Source: Nannocystales bacterium (GTDB lineage: Bacteria > Myxococcota_A > Polyangia > Nannocystales > Nannocystaceae). Taken from it: 64,000 nt of DNA. Positions 39,625 through 50,161 of this stretch are shown here, piece after piece. The position numbers and the translations under genes are program-made. Position 1 is the first letter of the stretch. Every line of letters starts with the position of its first letter. The notes under the pieces were generated by a model. It worked only from the letters and a program-made list of their open reading frames with translations, was not told the DNA's origin and did no database searches. The stretch spans positions 96,001-160,000 of the forward strand of contig JBOEGF010000043.1 in NCBI GenBank assembly GCA_050633305.1. Direction: 5' to 3'.

Positions 39625-42600
39625 TGCGTTTGCGAACCCTCGAGGTCTCGGACTTCGGCGCGGTGGAGCAGGCCAAGGTGTCCTTTGAGGATGGGCTCAA
39701 CGTCCTGCACGGGCCCAACGACCTGGGTAAGTCGACACTCGCGGCTGCAATCCGGGCCGCGCTCCTGTTGCAACATGGGTCGAGTGCCGCGCGGCCGTAC
39801 ATCCCGTGGGGAACGACCCGTAAGCCCACCGTCACGCTCGTCTTGGAGATCAAGGGGAGGTGGTGGCGGGTGCACAAAGCCTTCGGCACCAGCTCGGGGG
39901 GGAAGTCCGTGTTGGAGTGGTCGAACGACGGCATGACCTACAGCCTCGAAGAGGAGGGCCGCGGTGTCGACGGCCGCCTGCGCGAGCTGTTGGAGTGGGG
40001 CCTCGCCGCGCCGGGTGGACGGGGTGGATCGCACGGGTTTCCCAAGTCCTTCCTTGCGACGGTGTTGTTGGGCGAGCAGGCGGTGCCGTATCGGTTGCTG
40101 GAGCAGAGCCTCGACAGCGATGCGGAGGACAGCGGCAAGGCGCGACTCGTCGAGGCGCTGCAGGCGATGGCGACTGACCCGCTGTACCAGCAGGTGCTCG
40201 AGCATGCCCAGACTCGGGTGGACGAGGCGTTCACCGCGAAGGGCAAGCGAAGCACCCGGAAAGGGAGTCCATTCGAACGCGTCGGCACCGAGATCAAGCA
40301 GCGGCGAGAGGCGAGCGAAGAGCTGATCTCCGCGGTCGCCGAGAGCGACGCCGTTGTATCGAGGTTGGCCGAGCTTTCGGTGCGTCGAGACACGGCGCTG
40401 GCCGAGCGCGCCCGGATCGCGCAGACGGTCGAGGGCATCGAGGTGGCGCTCGAGGAGGTCCGCATTCGTGTGGGCTTGCAGGCCGAGGTGGATGCTGCGC
40501 GTGGAGCCTTGGCCGAGATCGAGCGTAACGGACAGGAGATTGCGCGTCTGCATGGCGAGCTTCAGTCCGCGAAGGCAGCCGTGCCCAAGGCCGAGGCCGC
40601 GTTGGAAGCGGAGCGGGGCGCGGTGCGAGACGCGGAGGTGGAGTTCGAGCGGGCACGCGCAGCCGCGCAGGCGCTGAGTTCGGGTGAGGACCCGGAGCTT
40701 CGGGCCCAAGCCCAAGCTCGGGCGGAGACGCTGCGGGAGCTGGATGCCGAAGCGGCGACGTTGCAAGCCCGTGAGACGCAGCTGATGCAGTGGCGAGCGG
40801 CGTGTGAGGAGCGGGACCAGACGCTTGCGAAGCAGCAGAAGGCGCTCGATGTGCACACCGCGGCTGTGGAGGCCCAAGCCAAGGCAAGCGCTGCCGCGTC
40901 GGAAGCGGCGGCGGTGCACCGCCGCCGTGCGGACGCCTTGCTGTGGATGCGTGCCGAGGGCCTTCGGCGACGGGTGGAAGGGCTGGTGGGGCGCGAGGCC
41001 GCGGCGAACCAAGCTCGCGAAGAGGCGGACGCCAAACGTGCCGAGGCGGCCGCTCTCGCTGCCAAGCTGGGGACGGACTTTCCCGACAGCGAGACCCGCG
41101 AAACGATGGAAGCCTCGTGGCGAGCGCTGCAGATGCGAGAGGCGGCCCTGCGTGGTGGGGTCCGGGTGGCGTTGGCGTTGTCGCAAGACATCAAGGCGAC
41201 GACGGATGGTGCCGGCCCGAATGCGGTGGCCGCGGATGCCACCATCGATGCGGAACGCGAAGTCGTGCTCGAACTCGGCGCGCTGGGGGAGATGACGGTT
41301 CGCCCGGGTGATCCGAGCGCTCACGCAGCGCTGGAAGAGGCGAGGTCCGCGTGGAGTGTGCACGCGGCACGGCTCGACGCGTTGGGCATTGCATCGGTCG
41401 ATGCGCTCCGGGTGGCCGCCACCGCTCGCGCAGAGGTGCAGCGCGAGCGAGATGCCCGAGCCCAAGAGGCTCAGATGCTGGAGGCGCGCGCGACTCCGGT
41501 GGAGGCCTCCGAGTTGCAGTCGGCGAAGGCCGACCTCGAAGCGGCCGAGCGCGGCCTCGAGAACGTGGAGGATTCGGGATGCAAGGCCGAGGCTGAGGCG
41601 CACGGGGACGACCTCGATGCAGCCGTACGCGAGTCTGAGGCGGATGCCGAGCGTCTGGCTCGGCTCGCAGTGGTCGCTGCAGCCACCGCATCGGAGGCGC
41701 AGACGGAGCGACGCTTGGCCGAAGAGCGGGCCGACGCCGCATCGAAGCTCGAGGCCGCCGCGCGGCTCGATGGAGACGATCCCGTGCGCGCTGCCGAGGC
41801 ACTCCGCACTGCCCTCGATGGCATCGCGCAGCGGCGGTCTGAACTCGATGCGCAGGCGAAGGCGGAGGTCGACGGGATGGCGCAACGGACCGAGGCCGCC
41901 CAGCGGGCGGTGACCGAGGCGGAGTCCGCCCGCCTGGGCGCCACCGAACGCGAAGCGGCCCTCCGACAAACGCTCGACCAGGCTCGAGCGACGCAGACGG
42001 CCGCCGATGCGGCGTTGGCGGTGCGACGAGAGCAGGCGCAACACCACGACGCATTTGCGGCGGCCGAACGAGTCGCGCAAGCGCAGGATGCCCTGGCAGG
42101 GGCTCCGGAGCCGCAGGTGGACACCTCGCAGGAGACGGTCGACGCAGCGCGGACAGCGTTGGTGGTCGCCGAGGAGGCGCTCGAAGACGCGGAGCGGGCC
42201 GTACGCCAGCAGGAAGGTGCGCTACAGCAGGTTGGCGGTCAGGTCGTGCGCGAGAGGTCCCAGATGGCCCGGGAGGCCCTCGAGGATGCGCGGCGTCAGG
42301 AGGCCGAGATCGAGCTCGACTACGACGGGTGGCGGCTGCTGCTCAGCACCCTTCGCGAGGTCGAGAACGAAACGGGCGCCCATCTTGGGCGTTCCCTGGG
42401 CACCGAGGTCGCGACCCGCATGGAGTCCCTCTCCCAGGGCCGCTATCGGGGGGCATCTCTGGGCGCGGACCTGGAGACCGAAGGGGTGGTGACCGAGCAG
42501 GGCGTGCAAGCCCTCGACCGGTTCTCCGAGGGGGTCAAAGAGCAGGTCGCGACGTTGCTGCGGGTGAGCGTCGCCGAGCATCTCGGGACGACGCTGGTGC

Positions 42601-42788
42601 TCGATGACCACCTCGCGCAAACCGACCCCGAGCGCTCGGAGTGGTTTCGCAGACTGCTGCAGGAGAGCGCGGAGTCGATTCAGGTGGTGGTGTTGACGTG
42701 CCGGCCCGAGGACTACGCGGCGGCGGGCGCAGGGGAGGGTGCGGCGACCCATGTCGTGGACCTCTCAACCAGCGTCGTGCGGCGCTAG
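39624..42788 (+). CDS. Rad50/SbcC-like (YhaN/AAA_27) coiled-coil ABC ATPase
   Basis: Walker [10 protein letters not shown], about 700-aa coiled coil, signature-like FSEGVKEQ, Walker B LVLDD, QVVVLTC. TGATG overlap with the nuclease stop. Confidence 0.9.
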   Translation: MRLRTLEVSDFGAVEQAKVSFEDGLNVLHGPNDLGKSTLAAAIRAALLLQHGSSAARPYIPWGTTRKPTVTLVLEIKGRWWRVHKAFGTSSGGKSVLEWSNDGMTYSLEEEGRGVDGRLRELLEWGLAAPGGRGGSHGFPKSFLATVLLGEQAVPYRLLEQSLDSDAEDSGKARLVEALQAMATDPLYQQVLEHAQTRVDEAFTAKGKRSTRKGSPFERVGTEIKQRREASEELISAVAESDAVVSRLAELSVRRDTALAERARIAQTVEGIEVALEEVRIRVGLQAEVDAARGALAEIERNGQEIARLHGELQSAKAAVPKAEAALEAERGAVRDAEVEFERARAAAQALSSGEDPELRAQAQARAETLRELDAEAATLQARETQLMQWRAACEERDQTLAKQQKALDVHTAAVEAQAKASAAASEAAAVHRRRADALLWMRAEGLRRRVEGLVGREAAANQAREEADAKRAEAAALAAKLGTDFPDSETRETMEASWRALQMREAALRGGVRVALALSQDIKATTDGAGPNAVAADATIDAEREVVLELGALGEMTVRPGDPSAHAALEEARSAWSVHAARLDALGIASVDALRVAATARAEVQRERDARAQEAQMLEARATPVEASELQSAKADLEAAERGLENVEDSGCKAEAEAHGDDLDAAVRESEADAERLARLAVVAAATASEAQTERRLAEERADAASKLEAAARLDGDDPVRAAEALRTALDGIAQRRSELDAQAKAEVDGMAQRTEAAQRAVTEAESARLGATEREAALRQTLDQARATQTAADAALAVRREQAQHHDAFAAAERVAQAQDALAGAPEPQVDTSQETVDAARTALVVAEEALEDAERAVRQQEGALQQVGGQVVRERSQMAREALEDARRQEAEIELDYDGWRLLLSTLREVENETGAHLGRSLGTEVATRMESLSQGRYRGASLGADLETEGVVTEQGVQALDRFSEGVKEQVATLLRVSVAEHLGTTLVLDDHLAQTDPERSEWFRRLLQESAESIQVVVLTCRPEDYAAAGAGEGAATHVVDLSTSVVRR

Positions 42789-42996
42789 CAGTCCGTGGTG
42801 AAGCCCGGCGCGGCGGATCACGAAGACGAGTGAAGCGTCGTGTCGGGTTTCACCACGGGCTGCTAGGCGTACGCGGTCTCAGCGGCGCGGACACGTCTCA
42901 TGCGTCGTGCCTATCTCAAGGATTGGCAGACGCTATCGACGGATGATGGATCCGTGTCCACCGGCGTCGCGGCCTCCACTACACTTTGAGTCGGCC

Positions 42997-43218
42997 ATGG
43001 ACGAGACACCCAACTCCCCCGAGTCTGACCGACATCCAGCGTTCGGTTCTGTCGTCGCCGGTGGCGGCCTCATCGTGTTCTTGCTGTCAGGGACGGCGTA
43101 CGTAGCCGCGACCATGCTGGGCATTGATGCGCTGCTGATGCCGGCGATGATCGGCATGGGCACCGGCGTCGCATGGTTCGTGGTCTCGCGGCTGGCTCGT
43201 GTCGGCCACCAGTTGTAG
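42997..43218 (+). CDS. Small 2-TM membrane protein
   Basis: Two hydrophobic helices. Fills the gap before the convergent kinase gene. Confidence 0.55.
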   Translation: MDETPNSPESDRHPAFGSVVAGGGLIVFLLSGTAYVAATMLGIDALLMPAMIGMGTGVAWFVVSRLARVGHQL

Positions 43219-43223
43219 CGCCC

Positions 43224-45062
43224 TCACGAGCGCGAGCTGATCTCTGCGACGCACAGTGCCCGAGCGGCGCGGCGGTCCGCGCTGACACCCTTCTTCATCT
43301 CGCCACTTGGCAGCGCGAACGTGGTGACGTTGCCGCGCCAACGGGCACTGGTCCAGTAGGTCCCGCGGGGACCCCTGCCGCTTTGCGAGATCCGTTTGAC
43401 GACTCCGGGGAAGACCAGCTTCCACCCTGAGAATCCCAGGTGTCCCGTCCTCCCGAGGGCGTCGCAGAAACTTCGCGCGTTGCCGTGGTCGCTCCGCTTG
43501 CCGCGACGGACCGAGAAAACGTAGCCGTTGCCCAGGTCGACGACGCCAGGAGGGAGTGCTTCGGGTTCGGGGGGCGGCGATGGCTTGGGCACCGGGGGCG
43601 GCGCTTCGAAGGCGCCCTCTGCAGGCGGTGGAGGCACGTCGGTGGCCGGGGGTGCTGTTCTTGTCCCCACGTCCGGCGTCGGTACATCTTCCAGGATGAC
43701 CACGTCGGCCTCCGGGTTCCCGACGTCGAGTTTGGGGACGACGGCGGCTGCTTCGACGGTCGGCGAGGCTGCTGGGGGAGCGGCCCGGGGGGTTGCCTCG
43801 GGAGATTGTGGCGCGGCCGGAACGGGCTCAGCCGCAGGCGGGGTGTCGGACGGCCACAGCGCCACGGCGACCGCCAATGCGACCGCGGCCAGGCCCCCCA
43901 CGAGCCAGAGTCGACGGGACGGGGAAGTTGATGCGGCGAACGGTTCTGTGGGCCGCCTCTCGATCGCGCTCTGGGCCACAGGCGGCTCTTCGGCGGGGAC
44001 ATCGCTTGTCTCGTCGGTGGGCAGGGGAATCGCGGGGCTGACCCTGGGCAGGCTTGGAGCGGTCGGACCTTCGTCGTCGGGGTCGTCGGCGTCCGGGTCA
44101 AGTTCGAGGGCCTGGCTGAGCGCTTCCTGCAACTGCGCAACGCTCCCGTAGCGGTCGTCGATGTCCTTCGACAGACATCGGTTGACAACGTCCACCAACG
44201 CCTGCGGTACGCCGGGCTTGAGCGTTTGAATTGGGACCGGATCCTCGTGGCTGACGAGCAGCAACGTTGCGGCCACAGTTGCCCCCTTGAAGGCGTGTTT
44301 CCCGGTGAGCGCCCGGAAGATGATGGCACCCACCGCCCACAGGTCGGTGCGGATCTCGGCTTGGTCGGCGCCCTTGAACTGCTCGGGCGCCATGTACTCG
44401 GGCGTCCCGAGCAGCGCGCCGTGTTCGGTGGTGATCTCCGAGCTTCCGTCGGTGAACTTCGCCACCCCGAAGTCCATCAGTTTGACGATCGGCGGCCCAA
44501 CCTTGGGCTCGTGCAGGTAGACGTTCTCCGGCTTGAGATCGCGGTGCACGATGCCTTCGGCGTGGGCGGCCTGCAGCCCGAGCAGTGCCTGTTGCACGAG
44601 GTCGACGGTTTCCTCGGGCGATAACGAACCGCGTTCGCGGATCAGCTGCGCGAGGTTTTTCCCCTTCAGCCGCTCCATCACGATGTAGGGCCCGATGGGA
44701 CCTACACCGAAGTCCAGGATCTCGCAGACGTGGGGGTGCGCGATGCGGCCGGCGGCCTTCGCTTCGCTACGAAAGCGCGCGACGAGGTCCTCGTTCTTGA
44801 GGACCTCCGGACGAATGACCTTGATGGCGACCTCTCGATCGACGGCGGTGTTGATGGCCAGCCACACCGAAGCCATCCCGCCCTTGCCCAGCTTGCGAAC
44901 GAACCGAAACTTCCCTGACAGCACCCGCCCCAGCAGCGGGAGAGCCATGTCGGTCTCCGGGCACTTGAGACGATCAGGCGGATGCGACCCAGCGCAGTAC
45001 GGGCAAGCCGGCAGGTCGTCGGATCCCGCCGCAGGTGGGGCGTGCTCGTCCAACGTACGCAC
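43224..45062 (-). CDS. Transmembrane Ser/Thr kinase with N-terminal Cys knuckle and C-terminal DUF1566/C-lectin-like domain
   Basis: LGKGGMASV, VAIK, HRDLKPEN, DFG, GTPEYMAPE, TM helix, Pro-rich linker, A..FC..L....GWKL...YWTS...ALCV. Start uncertain. Confidence 0.9.
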   Translation of the reverse strand: MRTLDEHAPPAAGSDDLPACPYCAGSHPPDRLKCPETDMALPLLGRVLSGKFRFVRKLGKGGMASVWLAINTAVDREVAIKVIRPEVLKNEDLVARFRSEAKAAGRIAHPHVCEILDFGVGPIGPYIVMERLKGKNLAQLIRERGSLSPEETVDLVQQALLGLQAAHAEGIVHRDLKPENVYLHEPKVGPPIVKLMDFGVAKFTDGSSEITTEHGALLGTPEYMAPEQFKGADQAEIRTDLWAVGAIIFRALTGKHAFKGATVAATLLLVSHEDPVPIQTLKPGVPQALVDVVNRCLSKDIDDRYGSVAQLQEALSQALELDPDADDPDDEGPTAPSLPRVSPAIPLPTDETSDVPAEEPPVAQSAIERRPTEPFAASTSPSRRLWLVGGLAAVALAVAVALWPSDTPPAAEPVPAAPQSPEATPRAAPPAASPTVEAAAVVPKLDVGNPEADVVILEDVPTPDVGTRTAPPATDVPPPPAEGAFEAPPPVPKPSPPPEPEALPPGVVDLGNGYVFSVRRGKRSDHGNARSFCDALGRTGHLGFSGWKLVFPGVVKRISQSGRGPRGTYWTSARWRGNVTTFALPSGEMKKGVSADRRAARALCVAEISSRS

Positions 45063-45139
45063 AGTAACACCGCGGCCCGAACGCAGGTCCTGCCTCAAAG
45101 CCGGCTGAAGCTCGAAGGCTGGCGGCCGATGACGGGACT

Positions 45140-45991
45140 ATGGCGAAGGCGATTCGACCCTGTTCGGTCCTCGCGGTGGGCGCGATGCTCACGCTGGGCT
45201 GCGCTCCCCAGGTGGAGACCGTGACCGCGGATGCGGCGCAGGTCCGGGCCGCGGCTGTGCAATCCGAACTCGACGAAGCCGTGTTCGCCTATCACGAGGG
45301 CGGAGATCTCGATGCGCTGAAGTCGTGGGTGGACGCACACCCTGATCACCCGGAGTTGGACACCTGGCGTGAGGTGGTCGCGCTCCGGACGTACGAGTCG
45401 GTCGTGATCGGGGATCCCTGGACCACGGAGGCGGCCAAGGATGGGGAGGACGTCGCCGTGGCGCCGTTGCCCGAGCCCTCGACCGCCGCGCTACTCGCCC
45501 TGGTCGAGCACTACCCCGGCACGCTCGGGGCTGAGACGGCACAGGCGCTGCTCGAGACGCATGGACTTCAGCGGCTGAGCGTTCCGACGTTCAACGACTC
45601 GGTCGTCGCCTTCCTCGAGGGGCGCGACGACTGGGTTCGAGACGACCTTGGTCGAAACCTGATGCCCAACGTCGATCTCGACGCGTTTCGGGAGCGCCAC
45701 GAAACCAAGCTTCGGACCCGATTCGGGGAGCGCCTCGCCGAAGACGCATGCGTCGACTCGATGGGGTACTGCACCTGGTACGTGAAGGCCTACCCCGAGG
45801 ACCCCCGGGTCTCGGAGCTCCAGGTGGCGATGAAAGACGAGTGGTACCGCCGCGGACATCCGCGCTGGCGCGGGTCCAAGTTCGCGAACTGTGCGTACCG
45901 GTGTGCGAAGACCTGCCGGACCGACGCGGAGCCGCTGGACGACGCCTGTTATGCGCCGTGCTTCGCTGGCTGTGAAGCGGCTGCAGGCTGA
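45140..45991 (+). CDS. Hypothetical lipoprotein with Cys-rich C-terminus
   Basis: Lipobox TLGC, YP-containing helical repeats, CxxxCxxxC motifs. Confidence 0.72.
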   Translation: MAKAIRPCSVLAVGAMLTLGCAPQVETVTADAAQVRAAAVQSELDEAVFAYHEGGDLDALKSWVDAHPDHPELDTWREVVALRTYESVVIGDPWTTEAAKDGEDVAVAPLPEPSTAALLALVEHYPGTLGAETAQALLETHGLQRLSVPTFNDSVVAFLEGRDDWVRDDLGRNLMPNVDLDAFRERHETKLRTRFGERLAEDACVDSMGYCTWYVKAYPEDPRVSELQVAMKDEWYRRGHPRWRGSKFANCAYRCAKTCRTDAEPLDDACYAPCFAGCEAAAG

Positions 45992-47424
45992 GGCTTCGCT
46001 GCGTCTTTGTTGGCTCTGCGTCCGGCGAGAAGCTCTTGGAATCGAAGATCGACCCCGATCGTGAGCAGGTCGTAGCCGGTCTTGAACGCGCCGGCGTTGC
46101 CGGGCACGCCGGAGAGTCCGTCGCAGCCTGAGGGGCACGGGCGAAGCGGGCGCTGGCCGAAGACCTTGCCGAACTCTTCACTGACCGTGCGGTCTTCTTG
46201 GAAGACGTGCATGTAGCCGACGGTGAGGTACGCGCCCTTGGCCCCCGCCGTGAAGCCGCCGCCGACCCCGAACCGCCGGAAGCTGGGAAAGTCGATGCTG
46301 GAGAAGTTTTCCGGGGCAGCGGCAGTCTCGAAGAACGCGCCGGTTCGCAAGGTGAGGTAGGGCGGCAGGGGGTGCACATCTCCGCCCAGGCGAACAGACA
46401 CGGTGTCCTTCCAGTTCTTTGCGAGGGTGAGCTCCTGAAGCTCCTGGCCATTGAGCTGACCTTGCACGTCGAGGTCGAAGCTCTTGAGCATCGACCAGGA
46501 CTCGTAGACCGCGTCGAGCTCGATGTCGAACCACTCTCTCGTGCCCGTGTCGTGGATGTAGCGCAGGCCGCCGCGAACGATCACCGGCAAGGTCAGATCC
46601 ATGCTGACCTTGATCTCCTCGGTCACCAGGGTTTCTTTGTCGACCGATACGCCGCCCTTGGGCTTGAAGTAGACGGGGACGAAGCGGCTGGAGACCCCGA
46701 GTTCGAGCCGCTGGTGAGGCCGATACCAGGCTCCGATCTGCGCGGTGGCAGCCGTACGATCTTTGAGTTCGATGCTGGTGACGAGCTGTGTGCTCTCGGG
46801 GTCGGCGACTGGGCTGAGGCCCGTGGTCACGACCGAGTCCGACAGGACGGCGTAGTCCAGCTTCATGAGGTCGGCGTATTGCACCACCGCGCCGATGCCG
46901 AAGACGTCGCGCCACTTCCACGCGGCGCCCACGGTGTAGTACGCGAGCAGCACGTCCAGCTCGGTCATCATGAAGGCCTGGGGCCCGTAGCTGGGGTAGC
47001 TCTGCTTGCCGAATCCGTTGGGCCCATAGACGCCTGCGGCGAACGTCCAGTTGTCGAGCCCAAAGTCGCTGGTCACCACCAACGTCCCGAGGATCGGGAA
47101 CAAGTTGTTCTTTGCGGTGACGGGGTCGAAGGTCGTGCCCGCGTCATCGCCCCAGGCCTCGCTGAGCGTGGCCCGCGAGAACTGGGTGTGCTGCCACATC
47201 AACCCGTGGTTGTACATGACGGTGGTCCCCCGCATCTTGGCGAGCGAGCCGGGGTTGTAGTGGATGGCAGTGCCATCCTCCACGCCCACCACGTTGGCCG
47301 CACCGCGGCCGAGCGCACGGGCACCCATGTCGGGGACCTCGAACCCTCCGGCGCGTGCCTCCTGGGCGAGCCCGAGGGTAGCAACAGACGCAAGGACCCA
47401 CGGGGCCAGCCATCGGCGCAACAT
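45949..47424 (-). CDS. OmpP1/FadL family outer membrane long-chain fatty acid transporter
   Basis: Signal ARA|GGF, GARALGRGAA...DGTAIHYNPG hatch motif, WKDTVSVRLG. Confidence 0.87.
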   Translation of the reverse strand: MLRRWLAPWVLASVATLGLAQEARAGGFEVPDMGARALGRGAANVVGVEDGTAIHYNPGSLAKMRGTTVMYNHGLMWQHTQFSRATLSEAWGDDAGTTFDPVTAKNNLFPILGTLVVTSDFGLDNWTFAAGVYGPNGFGKQSYPSYGPQAFMMTELDVLLAYYTVGAAWKWRDVFGIGAVVQYADLMKLDYAVLSDSVVTTGLSPVADPESTQLVTSIELKDRTAATAQIGAWYRPHQRLELGVSSRFVPVYFKPKGGVSVDKETLVTEEIKVSMDLTLPVIVRGGLRYIHDTGTREWFDIELDAVYESWSMLKSFDLDVQGQLNGQELQELTLAKNWKDTVSVRLGGDVHPLPPYLTLRTGAFFETAAAPENFSSIDFPSFRRFGVGGGFTAGAKGAYLTVGYMHVFQEDRTVSEEFGKVFGQRPLRPCPSGCDGLSGVPGNAGAFKTGYDLLTIGVDLRFQELLAGRRANKDAAKPQPAAASQPAKHGA

Positions 47425-47472
47425 CGTCGAGCAACCTACCACGCCCGCGCTGCGTGGTAGATTCACACAACG

Positions 47473-48465
47473 ATGATCGACAGAGCCTTCTTGGCAGGCG
47501 TGTCCGTAGCCTGGACCCTCAGCGCTGTCGCGTGCACCAACGGCGAGGGCAACGAGCCCAACGTTTTGCCCGACCCAACGGGGGGGAGCTCGAGCACGGG
47601 CACGAGCACCGTCGACCCCCCTACGACCACGCAGAACCCAACCTTGCCGGTGACCGGCTCCGGATCGGGCTCGTCGGGTTCCGCCGGCGGTGACCCCACT
47701 CCGGTGACCTATCGGTTCGACTGCATCGACATCCAGACGATCGGCGATGCCGACAGCACGGTCATTCAGGCGCAGCTGCTGGAGAACACGTGGGGATCGG
47801 ACATCGACCAACTCAAGCTCAACATCATGCTGGAGGCGGCTTCGCGGGACGCCGAGGCCGGGGAAGCGCTGTTGGGCATTCGGTCCGGTGTTGGTGCTGA
47901 GGCTTCGGGATTGTGCTCACAGGCCGAGACGATCAGCGACCTGATCCCAGTCGCGTTCGCTGCCGACGACACCCGCTGGGGTCCGGCATCGGCGGTCGGA
48001 GAGTGCAGCGTGCCCGCGACCGGCACGGACGGAAGCTCCTACACGATGGAGCTGCCCCCGGAACGCGTGGTCTACATTTACTCCGAGGACGACGACGTGA
48101 CGCCGTTCAACTGCACGCCGGACGCCGCTGTGCCGGACGCGGTACCGATCCGAGCGGTGCAAGCCGAGGTCTCGACCGACGCGAGTGAGGGCACCGTCTG
48201 GGGGACGCTCAACGGGTGTCTGTTGGAATCCGAAGCTCAGAGTCTGTGCTCGTGTTTGGGGTCGTGTACGGGCGAGGGGCCCGACGACCTGCAGACCGAG
48301 GGCGAATGCGCGGGCTGCCCAACGGGGGGGACGCCGCTGGCGGTTCTCCTGGGCGGTGTCAACACGTCCGAGAACTGTACGTCGATCATGGGGGCGCCCG
48401 CGTTCGACTTGCGTCTGGGCTTCAGTGGCGTGGCTCTCCCCCACGTGCCGACCGCGTGCGGCTGA
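47473..48465 (+). CDS. Cys-rich lipoprotein
   Basis: Lipobox AVAC, S/T/G linker, multiple Cys. Confidence 0.72.
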   Translation: MIDRAFLAGVSVAWTLSAVACTNGEGNEPNVLPDPTGGSSSTGTSTVDPPTTTQNPTLPVTGSGSGSSGSAGGDPTPVTYRFDCIDIQTIGDADSTVIQAQLLENTWGSDIDQLKLNIMLEAASRDAEAGEALLGIRSGVGAEASGLCSQAETISDLIPVAFAADDTRWGPASAVGECSVPATGTDGSSYTMELPPERVVYIYSEDDDVTPFNCTPDAAVPDAVPIRAVQAEVSTDASEGTVWGTLNGCLLESEAQSLCSCLGSCTGEGPDDLQTEGECAGCPTGGTPLAVLLGGVNTSENCTSIMGAPAFDLRLGFSGVALPHVPTACG

Positions 48466-48481
48466 CTTTCCCACGGGAACG

Positions 48482-50131
48482 ATGACGCGCAGGTCTCGTA
48501 CGCGGCGGATCCTGGCGCTTGTCCTGCTCGGGCCGGCTCTGTTGTTCCTCTTGGCGGGTGCCTACATCATGGCGATGGGGCAGCTCGAGGGGGAGACGCG
48601 CTCCATGTCCGACGCCGTTCAATGGGCCGCCGAGACGATCACGACGACCGGGTACGGCCGCGACAACCACTGGACGCACCCGCTGATGATCGCGTTCGTT
48701 GTGGTCACGCAGTTCGTCGGGTTGGCGCTCACCTTCGTCGTGTTCTCGTTGGTCGTCGTGCCCTTCTTCGAAGAGCGGTTCGAGGCGCGACTCCCCCGAA
48801 CCGTGCCCAAGACGCGTGACTACGTCCTCGTGTTTCGCTACGGCCCCGCCGTGCTCCCACTGCTGGAGGAACTCGGCCGTGCCTCGGTGCCGACCGTGGT
48901 GCTCGAACGGGATGAGGCCGTCGCGAGGCGCCTGTTCGACCGTGGACAAGCGATCGTTTACGCGCCCGACGAGGAAGACGAACTCGATGTCACGCTGTTC
49001 GAGCGAGCCCGCGCGGTGGTGCTGGCCGGGTCGGACCAGCAGAACGCCGAAATGCTCCTCAACGCCCGGCACCTGGGTTACGAAGGTGAGTTGCTCGCCC
49101 TCGCCGACCATCCGCTTCACCGACGACCCATGATGTTGGCAGGGGCGGACGCGGTCTACACCCCGCTGCACATCCTCGCGGCTGCGATGGCGTCCCTGGC
49201 ACGCGACCGGGTGCGACCTCGTATGGAGGGCTTGGGCGGGGTCGGAGCCCTACTGCGGACCATCGAGGTGCGGGTCGCCGAGGGCAGCTCGCTCGCAGGA
49301 TCGACCCTGGCCAAATCACAGGTGCGGACCCAGACCGGTGCGACGATCGTTGGACGGTGGGTCGACGGTGCGTTTCGGCCGTTTGCCCGACCGACCGAAC
49401 CGATCGACCCCGGCACGATTCTGATGGCGGTGGGCAGCGCCGAGGCAGTCGAAGCCCTGGGAAAACTCGCGACGCCGCTGGGCCGCCGCGGACCGTTTCT
49501 CATCGCTGGCGCAGGAGAGGTGGGGCGCAAGGTCGGCGAGCTGCTGCGAGACGCCGGAGAGTCGGTGGTCGTGTTCGACAAGAACGCTCGGGATGGCTGC
49601 GACCAGGTTGGGGACGTGCTGGACCGGGATGTCCTGGTGAAGCTTAACGTCCTCGACGCGGCATGCGTCATCTTGGCGCTCAGTGACGACAGCACGACGC
49701 TTTTCGCCGCGTCGGTCGTACGAGATTGCGCTCCAGACGTTCCGATCGTGGCTCGGGTGCAACGCAGCAACAGCGTCGCTCGCATCCACCGAGCAGGGGC
49801 CGACTTTGCACTCTCGCTGGGGCAGGTCGCCGCCGAACTCCTCGCTCAGAAGATGCTCGGTGACGCGTGGATCAGCCTCGATGCACGCGTCAAGCTCCAC
49901 GAGGTGGGCAGCACCGGCTTGGAAGGACGAAGCCCGCTGCAGGCCCAAGTGGGAGCGTCGACGGGGTGTTCGATCGTCGCGGTCCGGCGCGACGAAGAGG
50001 TGACCGTGTCTTTCCCCGACGGGTTTCGGATCGAGGCCGGCGACCGGTTGTTCCTCGCCGCACCCCAAGAGGGCCTCACGCGTTTTCGCGAGCAGTTCCC
50101 GCTGGCGGAGCGCGAGGCCAAGCGGGCCTGA
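48482..50131 (+). CDS. Potassium channel with tandem RCK (TrkA-N/TrkA-C) domains
   Basis: 2 TM helices with TTTGYG selectivity filter, GAGEVG Rossmann motif, two TrkA-C domains. Confidence 0.9.
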   Translation: MTRRSRTRRILALVLLGPALLFLLAGAYIMAMGQLEGETRSMSDAVQWAAETITTTGYGRDNHWTHPLMIAFVVVTQFVGLALTFVVFSLVVVPFFEERFEARLPRTVPKTRDYVLVFRYGPAVLPLLEELGRASVPTVVLERDEAVARRLFDRGQAIVYAPDEEDELDVTLFERARAVVLAGSDQQNAEMLLNARHLGYEGELLALADHPLHRRPMMLAGADAVYTPLHILAAAMASLARDRVRPRMEGLGGVGALLRTIEVRVAEGSSLAGSTLAKSQVRTQTGATIVGRWVDGAFRPFARPTEPIDPGTILMAVGSAEAVEALGKLATPLGRRGPFLIAGAGEVGRKVGELLRDAGESVVVFDKNARDGCDQVGDVLDRDVLVKLNVLDAACVILALSDDSTTLFAASVVRDCAPDVPIVARVQRSNSVARIHRAGADFALSLGQVAAELLAQKMLGDAWISLDARVKLHEVGSTGLEGRSPLQAQVGASTGCSIVAVRRDEEVTVSFPDGFRIEAGDRLFLAAPQEGLTRFREQFPLAEREAKRA

Positions 50132-50161
50132 GGCGAACGCGGCCCCCAAGGACGTTCCGGG

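Noticed and set aside
39534..42080. 848-aa minus-strand ORF, and similar long antisense ORFs (20076-21851, 26924-28372, 36485-37789, 46198-47460)
   Set aside because: Stop-poor shadows of genuine high-GC genes with no recognisable motifs.
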